Shown here in pieces: positions 1-7,214 of a stretch of DNA of 64,000 nucleotides. A model generated the notes under the pieces. The model worked only from the letters and a program-made list of their open reading frames with translations, made no database searches and was not told the origin of the DNA. The stretch comes from Cyclobacteriaceae bacterium (lineage in GTDB: Bacteria > Bacteroidota > Bacteroidia > Cytophagales > Cyclobacteriaceae). Within the stretch, counting starts at the first letter, position 1. Every line of letters starts with the position of its first letter. The stretch spans positions 1,098 through 65,097 of the forward strand of contig CBDDGS010000037.1 of NCBI GenBank assembly GCA_965227935.1, given 5' to 3'. Both the position numbers and the translations under genes were made by a program.

Positions 1-342
1 TTGCAGCGGCTGCCTAATTGGCACAAGGGCACTTGCGGTCTTCTGGGAGATGCCGCTCATGCTACGACACCCAACATGGGCCAGGGTGCTTGCCAGGGAA
101 TTGAAGACGCTTACTTCATCTCACAACTCTTCCAGAAAGAAGCCAATCCCGAAGCTGCATTTAGAGCATTTGAGAGATTAAGGAGAAAGAAGGTGGATTA
201 CATCGTGAATACTTCCTGGCGTTTTGGAAAAGCCGCCCACTCGGCGCTTGGCAGGAGAGTCTTACCATGGATCATCCGCATGACGCCGGAAAAGGTGGTG
301 TCTCAGCAGCTTCGACAACTCTATCAGCTGTCGGAAGTCTAA
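1..342 (+). CDS. FAD-dependent monooxygenase, C-terminal fragment (5' end outside window)
   Basis: ORF is open at the window edge. It carries the GDAAH-x3-P-x2-GQG-x4-IEDA motif of flavoprotein hydroxylases (UbiH / salicylate hydroxylase class). Confidence 0.8.
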   Translation: MQRLPNWHKGTCGLLGDAAHATTPNMGQGACQGIEDAYFISQLFQKEANPEAAFRAFERLRRKKVDYIVNTSWRFGKAAHSALGRRVLPWIIRMTPEKVVSQQLRQLYQLSEV

Positions 343-404
343 GGACGAGTTGGGTTTAATCGGCTATCTTGCTTAGATAGGACACACCCTGCAAAGGCCC
401 GACA

Positions 405-1034
405 ATGAAAAAGGTGACCCCTTACAAAACGAAGAGAAATGCCATTGCAGCTCTGGACAATGGTGGCAGGTTCTACAACTGGGCGTCGAAGGCGAGAGAT
501 GGAACCATCACCACCGCTGAGTTGAGGAAGGCGGCAGGTGTATTCTCAGGTGTTCAAAATATCATGGTGTACCTTGAAATGTCACTCGCAGAGTTTGAGG
601 AGGATGAAAGAAGGAGGGTGCTCGCCCACCTGTCCACTGACTTGAAGGGGAAATACAATAGCCACAGACCCAACTATCTGCGATCGGATGACGACCTGAA
701 TAGGTTTGAGGATGGCGCCTCGGCGATCGTCACCGGCGTGCCTCGATTGGTGGATTCGAAGAATGAATTCACGGGGTTCATCATGATACCCATGACAACA
801 GGCGAAGTCACCACCTTCACAATGGTACCGATCATTGAACAGTATGACATCTACGAACTGGAGGGTGGCGAATTCAGCAGAAGGTTTTTTATCGGTCACA
901 AAAAAAGCGCTCGTAACCTCTCTGGTGTCACCGTGAGGTGTGGCGGCATATTCAAGGAATTGAAGGCCTCGTCGAAAGGCGGGGCAAGCCCTAACAGGTT
1001 CCTGGAGATCATCTATTACACACCGCTAGCATGA
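405..1034 (+). CDS. hypothetical protein, 209 aa, no family recognised
   Basis: Longest ORF in the interval, ATG start, balanced amino-acid composition. The antisense ORF 582-899 is a Cys/His/Arg-rich shadow. Confidence 0.6.
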   Translation: MKKVTPYKTKRNAIAALDNGGRFYNWASKARDGTITTAELRKAAGVFSGVQNIMVYLEMSLAEFEEDERRRVLAHLSTDLKGKYNSHRPNYLRSDDDLNRFEDGASAIVTGVPRLVDSKNEFTGFIMIPMTTGEVTTFTMVPIIEQYDIYELEGGEFSRRFFIGHKKSARNLSGVTVRCGGIFKELKASSKGGASPNRFLEIIYYTPLA

Positions 1035-1046
1035 TGAGGAGGGCAC

Positions 1047-1232
1047 TCAGTCCGCCGCGAGAGAGACGATGTGCTGTAGCTCTTCGATTTGTGACTGTTT
1101 CTCCGTGAGTTCTTTCCTTTCCTTGTCCAGTGGTCCTCCTTTGAAATCTTCCAATTGTAGAGAGAGCTTGTACATCATGTCCTCCAGCGCTTCCAGTAGC
1201 AGGGGCTTGTATTTTGGGTGTAATTCCATCAT
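1047..1232 (-). CDS. small hypothetical protein, 61 aa, charged helical
   Basis: ATG ORF rich in Glu/Lys/Leu, convergent with 405-1034 (12-nt gap). The co-located plus-strand 61-aa ORF is Ser/Cys-rich junk. Support is weak. Confidence 0.4.
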   Translation of the reverse strand: MMELHPKYKPLLLEALEDMMYKLSLQLEDFKGGPLDKERKELTEKQSQIEELQHIVSLAAD

Positions 1233-1427
1233 TGGGTCCGTGTCTGAGTCCTAAGGGAATTTAGGGATTTGGTGATCCTTATTCAACCTATCCAGCAAGA
1301 TTGATGGCAACAAGTTATTGCTCGCTACGATGTCGTGCATCCATTACAAACGGGTATTGGACAGGAGCCAATCATCGTCCGACGACGGAATTCGTAGGAA
1401 CATTGACCCCAAACTTGTCGACTCAAG

Positions 1428-2240
1428 ATGAAATACCTGACCCTCACGATCCTCATTTTCTTGCTCAATGACCCATGCCTGGCTCAGTCCAAGGTAGAAC
1501 ACAAAGTATTCGACACCGAATTTGGTCGTTTTGATCTGTGGTTTCAGGGTGAACAGATCACAGGTTCTTATGAAATCGCTCCAAAGACAATCATCGGTTC
1601 CATTTGGGCGCGTCTTGACGGCCTGACAGCGACAGGCCGATGGACTGATCCGGATGGAACTGGAGACATTGTGCTCATCTTCGAAGAGGGTTTGGAGCAA
1701 TTCAGAGCAGACTACAGGGGAGATGATGATCCCGACAAATGGTATAGGGACCAATGGCATGGCACTGTGAAAGGAAGCAAGGAGCCCACGAAGGCGCCCT
1801 GCACTGGCCCGTCTTACGAGCTAATACGGCCGTTCATCGGTACGTGGGAGGAATTCGAACTCGATGAGCAGGGCGAGGAGACCTTCATCGGGACACTTCA
1901 AGTAAGATTGGCCGCCGGCGGATGTGCTTTGGTGCAGCGATTTATGAGTCCCGACTCCTCCTTTTCGTATGCCACCCAGGGTACTGTCGATGCGGGATCT
2001 GGCTTCTGGGAGGAGCAATACGTTTTCAGCACCGGGTCTACCGCCGATTATCAGTGGATCGTCGATCAGGGCGATGTCGTGCAGAGAAAGGTTGGCGGTT
2101 CGCGACCCATGGACAAGCTGCATCAGTTGAGGTTTTCCGAATTGACAGCAAATAGCTATCTCGTCCTGGTGGAGCAATCTGCAGACGGGGGAAAAGACTG
2201 GACTATAACGAGTAAGACGAGGGTAAAACGGAAGCGATAG
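1428..2240 (+). CDS. secreted hypothetical protein, 270 aa
   Basis: N-terminal signal peptide MKYLTLTILIFLLNDPCLAQ; coding-like composition over 813 nt. Confidence 0.7.
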   Translation: MKYLTLTILIFLLNDPCLAQSKVEHKVFDTEFGRFDLWFQGEQITGSYEIAPKTIIGSIWARLDGLTATGRWTDPDGTGDIVLIFEEGLEQFRADYRGDDDPDKWYRDQWHGTVKGSKEPTKAPCTGPSYELIRPFIGTWEEFELDEQGEETFIGTLQVRLAAGGCALVQRFMSPDSSFSYATQGTVDAGSGFWEEQYVFSTGSTADYQWIVDQGDVVQRKVGGSRPMDKLHQLRFSELTANSYLVLVEQSADGGKDWTITSKTRVKRKR

Positions 2241-2251
2241 CGATCTGGGGT

Positions 2252-2259
2252 TAGTTTTG
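2252..2259 (+). promoter_or_regulatory. putative Bacteroidota sigma-A -7 box (TAGTTTTG)
   Basis: Exact TAnnTTTG match ending 16 nt before the radical SAM ATG. Confidence 0.4.
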
Positions 2260-2275
2260 TGTCAAGGACATCATC

Positions 2276-3187
2276 ATGCCCCGCGAAATCGAAGTCAAAT
2301 CGGTCCTCAACAAGACGAAGAAGAGGGACAGCTGGTTTTTGGACGATTATACTTTCAATCCATACAGCAGTTGCTCTTTCAATTGTCTGTATTGCTATAT
2401 CCGTGGGAGCAAGTACGGCGTCAACCTGGAGTCAAGTCTTGCTGCAAAGACGAATGCCATTGAACTGTTGGATAAGCAGTTGGCCAGTCGGGCACGCCGC
2501 GGGCAGTATGGGATCATCGTCGTTTCTTCAGCTACGGACCCTTATTTACAGATCGAGAGCAAGTACGAGCTGACGCGAAAGGCGCTCCAGGTCATTTTGA
2601 AGCACAGGTTCCCTGTCCATGTAATCACGAAGTCGGATCTGATCACCCGTGACTTCGACCTGCTAAAGCAAATCGACGAGGCGGCAGTCATTCCACGGGA
2701 CTTGAGCTATTTGAATAGGGGAGTGATCATTAGCTTTTCGTTCTCGACGCTCGAAGATGATGTTGCCAAAATCTTTGAGCCTGGCGCGACACCCCCCAGC
2801 AAGCGATTGCTCGCTCTTCGGCAGACTGTTGAGGAGCAATTCCTGACAGGAGTAAGTTTCATGCCGCTCATTCCGCACATATCGGATACATCTGACCAGC
2901 TTCACCTGGCGTTTGCCACTTTTAACAAAGAAAAGATAGACTATGTGCTGCCAGCAACGATCACCCTGTTTGGATCGGACAAGGCACATAGCAAGCCGCT
3001 AATGCTGAAGGCCATTGCCAGGCACTACCCTCATCTGCTGGAGAAATATGAGCGTTTCTTTGCCGACAGCACGGAAATGCCACGATACTATCAGCGAGCC
3101 TTCAATGAAAAGCTGTCGGAACTGTGTCTGGAGTACGATATTCCCAACAGCATTCTGGAGGCTGCTGCGCTAAATCCCAGGCGCTAA
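2276..3187 (+). CDS. radical SAM protein (SplB / COG1533-like family)
   Basis: CSFNCLYC is a CxxxCxxC cluster motif near the N-terminus. The 303-aa length is typical of SPL-family radical SAM proteins. Confidence 0.85.
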   Translation: MPREIEVKSVLNKTKKRDSWFLDDYTFNPYSSCSFNCLYCYIRGSKYGVNLESSLAAKTNAIELLDKQLASRARRGQYGIIVVSSATDPYLQIESKYELTRKALQVILKHRFPVHVITKSDLITRDFDLLKQIDEAAVIPRDLSYLNRGVIISFSFSTLEDDVAKIFEPGATPPSKRLLALRQTVEEQFLTGVSFMPLIPHISDTSDQLHLAFATFNKEKIDYVLPATITLFGSDKAHSKPLMLKAIARHYPHLLEKYERFFADSTEMPRYYQRAFNEKLSELCLEYDIPNSILEAAALNPRR

Positions 3188-3283
3188 GGTCGTTTCCATT
3201 CAGGCGGATGCTCATGTTCAGGGTGTTCGGTATTTCCGCATGTTGCACGCGGTGATGGGCAATTGCATTATATTAAGGAAGCG

Positions 3284-4567
3284 ATGAGACTACTGAAAGA
3301 CCTTAATGAACTGCTTGAGGCTGGTGTCATCACCCAGGATATTGCCGAGGGGATTGAAGCCCATTATCGCAAAAAAGAAAGTGGGCAGAGGAATAGGCTT
3401 TTTGTCATTTTTGGCGTCCTTGGCGCCCTGCTCGTAGGGTTGGGGATCATTTTGATACTCGCTCACAATTGGGATGAGCTCTCCCGGGCGACCAAGACCA
3501 TTGTGGCCTTCCTGCCCCTGGTGATCGGTCAGGCGCTTTGTGCCTACACACTTATGAGACGTCAGGATAACCTGGCCTGGCGCGAGGGAGCGACGGTATT
3601 CCTCATTTTCGCAGTAGGGGCGAGTATCTCGCTTATCAGCCAGATTTACAACATCCCTGGCGATCTGGGTTCATTTTATCTTATCTGGAGCGTACTGACC
3701 CTTCCGTTGATCTACGTCATGAACTCCTCGATGGCTTCCTTGCTGTATCTGGTAGGGATTACTTGTTATGCCTGCGAGACCGGCTATTGGTCCTCTCCTT
3801 CATCCGAACCGTACCTCTATTGGCTACTGCTGGCTTGTGGTTTGCCCCATTATTACCTGCTGGCCAAAACCCGCCCCGGCAGCAACTTCACGATCTTTCA
3901 TCACTGGATCGTTCCCCTCTCACTTATTATTGTCCTGGGCACAGTCGCGAAAGGGCGCGATGAATTGATGTTCGTGGCCTATTTCGCCCTGTTTGGGTTG
4001 CTTTATCAGTTGGGTCAGGAAGAAAAGCTCACAACGCACCGGGTGCTGATCAATGGCTACAAGGTCATGGGATCTCTGGGAACTTTGGTGTTGCTGCTGA
4101 TCATGAGTTTTGATGACTTCTGGCCATCGCTCAGAGAAGAGCCTTTCAACAGTTCCTGGTTTTTGACGCCTGAGTTTGCTGCGGCGGCAGTGATCTCACT
4201 GATAGCCGGAGCGCTCCTGCACTTTCGAAATCGCGGCCGCGTTTTTCGCGAGATTGAACCTTTAACTTACGTTTTTCTTATCTATATCGTCATCTTCATT
4301 ATCGGCAACTTTTTCAAGATTGCCGTTGTATTGATCAACCTTCTGGTATTGATAGTAGCCATCGAGAGGATATCTGAGGGGGTGAAAAGGCAACACCTGG
4401 GTATTTTGAATTTCGGCTTAATGATCATTGTCGCTTTGGTAATTAGTCGATTTTTTGACACCGACCTAAGTTTTGTCTTCCGTGGACTCCTGTTTGTCAC
4501 TGTGGGCGTAGGGTTCTTCCTCGCCAACTATTGGTTGTTGAAAAAGATAAAAGCCAATGAAGATTAG
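3284..4567 (+). CDS. DUF2157-type polytopic membrane protein
   Basis: Soluble N-terminal helix (LNELLEAGVITQDIAEGIEAHY) followed by about 11 hydrophobic spans. The family call is from memory and from the conserved pairing with a downstream GDYXXLXY gene. ATG 3284 is preferred over TTG 3263. Confidence 0.75.
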   Translation: MRLLKDLNELLEAGVITQDIAEGIEAHYRKKESGQRNRLFVIFGVLGALLVGLGIILILAHNWDELSRATKTIVAFLPLVIGQALCAYTLMRRQDNLAWREGATVFLIFAVGASISLISQIYNIPGDLGSFYLIWSVLTLPLIYVMNSSMASLLYLVGITCYACETGYWSSPSSEPYLYWLLLACGLPHYYLLAKTRPGSNFTIFHHWIVPLSLIIVLGTVAKGRDELMFVAYFALFGLLYQLGQEEKLTTHRVLINGYKVMGSLGTLVLLLIMSFDDFWPSLREEPFNSSWFLTPEFAAAAVISLIAGALLHFRNRGRVFREIEPLTYVFLIYIVIFIIGNFFKIAVVLINLLVLIVAIERISEGVKRQHLGILNFGLMIIVALVISRFFDTDLSFVFRGLLFVTVGVGFFLANYWLLKKIKANED

Positions 4568-5141
4568 TCCTCGACTTCTGTTAGTGCTGTTTGCGTTGGT
4601 GGCAGTTGCCCAGCTTTTTGTGCCAGGCAAGATGATATGGGACAGGGAAGCTGTGTTGCGCACCGGTGAGGAATTCAGATTTCGAACCCAGCCAATTGAT
4701 CCCACGGACCCATTCCGTGGCAAATACATTTCCCTCTTTTACCCAGAGCAACTTGTGACAGTATCCAGTACAAATGACTGGGAGTGGGGTGAAAAGATTT
4801 ATGTGACATTGCAGACAGACAGCCTTGGCTTTGCGACTGTGCAGAATGGCTCAAAAGATGTCCCTCAAATCAATGCACCTTATATCGCCGCCACAGTGAG
4901 CAACATTGACTACGAGGATACGACCCGATTGTGGATCGACCTTCCTTTTGATCGGTTCTACATGGAGGAGTCAAAAGCCTATGAGGCGGAGCAAGTGTAC
5001 TGGCAGGCAGGGCAGGACACGCTGGTGACAAGCTATGCGCTCGTCAGTGTGAAAGATGGTCAGGCTGTGTTGAAAGACGTCTTTATCGATGACACTCCGA
5101 TCGCTGATGTTGTGAGGAACAACAGGCTCAGAGAGCAGTAG
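4557..5141 (+). CDS. GDYXXLXY-domain protein, membrane anchored
   Basis: N-terminal anchor, then DPFRGKYISLFY (a GDYxxLxY variant). Overlaps the upstream membrane gene by 11 nt. Confidence 0.75.
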   Translation: MKISPRLLLVLFALVAVAQLFVPGKMIWDREAVLRTGEEFRFRTQPIDPTDPFRGKYISLFYPEQLVTVSSTNDWEWGEKIYVTLQTDSLGFATVQNGSKDVPQINAPYIAATVSNIDYEDTTRLWIDLPFDRFYMEESKAYEAEQVYWQAGQDTLVTSYALVSVKDGQAVLKDVFIDDTPIADVVRNNRLREQ

Positions 5142-5181
5142 GTACCACTTTGCCGTTCTGTGGAATCATTGAAAATAACGT

Positions 5182-5189
5182 TATCTTTG
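5182..5189 (+). promoter_or_regulatory. putative sigma-A -7 box (TATCTTTG)
   Basis: Exact TAnnTTTG match 39 nt upstream of ATG 5229. It lies inside the longer GTG-5160 ORF. Confidence 0.4.
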
Positions 5190-5228
5190 TTAATTCTCAC
5201 GATTGTGAGCACGAAACAACTATCCAAA

Positions 5229-6242
5229 ATGACTAGAAATTTTGTAATATTTTTCCTAGCCCTGTTTGTTCATGTTTCGATGGCTCAGTCGCAGCCAAAA
5301 GAGGACATACCGACGCTAATAAGGAGCATTTATAAGGGCACTGACTCGGGGGAGGCTTCGAGTCGTCTTCTGGAGTTGAATTCCGCCGAGTCCAACGAAC
5401 TCATTCTCTACACTTCTGAACTCACGAGATTGGTCAACGACCGATTGACGGATGATCCCACGGATTTCGAGATGCTAAATCTTGCCCTTGAATTGTCCAT
5501 TACGGAGCTCATAGTCCTCAACAAGTCCGCTAGTGACGCCGTCGTAAAGGCACACCAGGAAATCCGGGCTGATCTCAAGCAGGGCAAGGACTATCATGAC
5601 TGGATCTGGGATGACAATGACTATCTGGTCAAAAGAACCCTAAGTGGACTGATGCTGGACCTTTTGGGATATGATGATCAAAGCAGCAGCATCGAAGAAC
5701 TCCGATCGAGCAACGCTCATTTCGAAGATCAGAGGCTGAGGATGTTCGCTTCTCTATCACTGGTCCGGCGGCAGCATGAGGTCTCTGCACAGTCTCTGAA
5801 AGCCATTGCATCTGACGATGAGTCGCGCCAATTTCTATTCAACGGGTTGAAGCAATTGGACAAACTTGAACTCTACCCGGCCGATTTCATCAGCCAAGAA
5901 GAACTCTCCAAGTCGGATATGATCAATTGGCTACTGTATCCCACAGAACTGGCAAGAATACCGGCAGCAATAGAGTTTATGCAAATGTTCACCATCGAAT
6001 TTGATGATGTGGGACCAGCAGACTTTTACCTGTGGAAGTTTAGGAGTGACCACGAGTCTTGGTCGAAGGAGGGTTGGATGGTTGGCCTCTCAGGGCCATT
6101 CGTGAGGGCGGAGACGCCTACCACTGAGCACTATGGATTTACATTTAGTGCCTTCACAAAATTGGACGAGAAGACTCCCGATGAGCACTTTGATGAGATC
6201 GTTGATATCATGATCAGATGGCAGGAGGAGAATAGCAATTAG
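5229..6242 (+). CDS. secreted hypothetical protein, 337 aa
   Basis: Signal peptide MTRNFVIFFLALFVHVSMAQ begins at internal ATG 5229. The promoter box at 5182 favours this start over GTG 5160. Confidence 0.65.
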   Translation: MTRNFVIFFLALFVHVSMAQSQPKEDIPTLIRSIYKGTDSGEASSRLLELNSAESNELILYTSELTRLVNDRLTDDPTDFEMLNLALELSITELIVLNKSASDAVVKAHQEIRADLKQGKDYHDWIWDDNDYLVKRTLSGLMLDLLGYDDQSSSIEELRSSNAHFEDQRLRMFASLSLVRRQHEVSAQSLKAIASDDESRQFLFNGLKQLDKLELYPADFISQEELSKSDMINWLLYPTELARIPAAIEFMQMFTIEFDDVGPADFYLWKFRSDHESWSKEGWMVGLSGPFVRAETPTTEHYGFTFSAFTKLDEKTPDEHFDEIVDIMIRWQEENSN

Positions 6243-6281
6243 GTCAAGTGCCTTCTCAGGCTAGACATCGCCCAACTGGTC

Positions 6282-6599
6282 TCATAAGAAGAAGAAATAA
6301 GCAGCTACTTTCAATCTGTTCAGGTCAGAGGATCCTGCAACCCGCATGATGTTTTGTCCCATGGAGTTGACCAAATTCCCATCCTCGACCGTGCCCAGTA
6401 CCTGATTTTGTAGGTTGATGACCTTGTTACCTGAGACCGAGGCAATGGTTTGATGGATGGAGTTTCGCATTTCATCGCCTTGGAAGTAAGCCAGCACCTG
6501 ACGTTGACTGTTGAGCACTTCATTCTTTCTGAGGAATAGGATCTCCTGGTCGTTGCTATTAGTAAGCACAGCATCGAATGGCCCCTGTGGTTTATTCAT
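6282..6599 (-). CDS. small repeat protein, 105 aa (five tandem 16-residue repeats)
   Basis: Residues 11-90 form 5 x 16 aa with invariant Asn at repeat position 4, Gln at position 8 and Ile/Leu at position 10. The other-frame ORF 6320-6574 is junk. Confidence 0.55.
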   Translation of the reverse strand: MNKPQGPFDAVLTNSNDQEILFLRKNEVLNSQRQVLAYFQGDEMRNSIHQTIASVSGNKVINLQNQVLGTVEDGNLVNSMGQNIMRVAGSSDLNRLKVAAYFFFL

Positions 6600-6623
6600 A
6601 GATCATGAAATTACTTGTTACTG

Positions 6624-6647
6624 AAGGTGCCTTTTTTGGGCACCCTT
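6624..6647. other. stem-loop (GGTGCC-N7-GGCACC) in divergent intergenic region
   Basis: Stem arms at 6626-6631 and 6639-6644, extended by flanking A-T pairs. Confidence 0.35.
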
Positions 6648-6664
6648 AGATTAGTGTTCATCAT

Positions 6665-6685
6665 GGGCATTTTATTACAATGCCC
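6665..6685. other. stem-loop (GGGCATT-N7-AATGCCC)
   Basis: 7-bp perfect stem. Like the first hairpin, it is followed on the plus strand by CTTAG. Confidence 0.35.
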
Positions 6686-6772
6686 TTAGCCGGAATGGGA
6701 TGTAGCACGACAGGCTGAGAAAGACTGCCTCGATGTTACCGGAGGAGGATACCAAATTGTCGGATCGAAAGG

Positions 6773-6780
6773 TATCTTTG
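6773..6780 (+). promoter_or_regulatory. putative sigma-A -7 box (TATCTTTG)
   Basis: Exact TAnnTTTG match 32 nt upstream of ATG 6813. Confidence 0.4.
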
Positions 6781-6812
6781 GTTCCTGCGATTTTTCGTGA
6801 AAAGCTCATTCT

Positions 6813-7181
6813 ATGGGATCACATCCTTTGAACCTGGCCGTTCGATTCATTTTGGAAGTTTTGGCCCTAATCTCATTTGGGACTTACGGCTGGAATCAAA
6901 CGGAAGGGTGGATGAGGTTTGTCGCGGCGATCGGGCTCCCATTGTTGTTCGCCGCAGCATGGGCAATTTTTGCCGTACCTGACGATCCCAGCCGCTCTGG
7001 CGCCGCACCTGTGGTGACGCCAGGTCTCCTGCGGCTAGTCCTGGAGTTGGCTTTTTTCGCTTTTGCCACCTGGTGTTTGCGGGAGAATGGTCATCTGAAG
7101 TCGGGCTTGGTATTCGGCATTGTGGTACTCATTCACTATGTGGTTTCCTACGATCGTATTGTGTGGTTGCTAAAACACTGA
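6813..7181 (+). CDS. small 4-TM membrane protein (DUF2568 / YrdB-like)
   Basis: 122 aa with four hydrophobic spans. The family call is from memory of the YrdB-type N-terminal pattern. Confidence 0.65.
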   Translation: MGSHPLNLAVRFILEVLALISFGTYGWNQTEGWMRFVAAIGLPLLFAAAWAIFAVPDDPSRSGAAPVVTPGLLRLVLELAFFAFATWCLRENGHLKSGLVFGIVVLIHYVVSYDRIVWLLKH

Positions 7182-7214
7182 ATATATTGAGGCTAGCCTA
7201 AAGCCCATGCCCTC

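Noticed and set aside
5160-5228. N-terminal extension of the 5229 gene from GTG 5160
   Set aside because: The extension would bury the signal peptide, and it contains the TATCTTTG promoter box.
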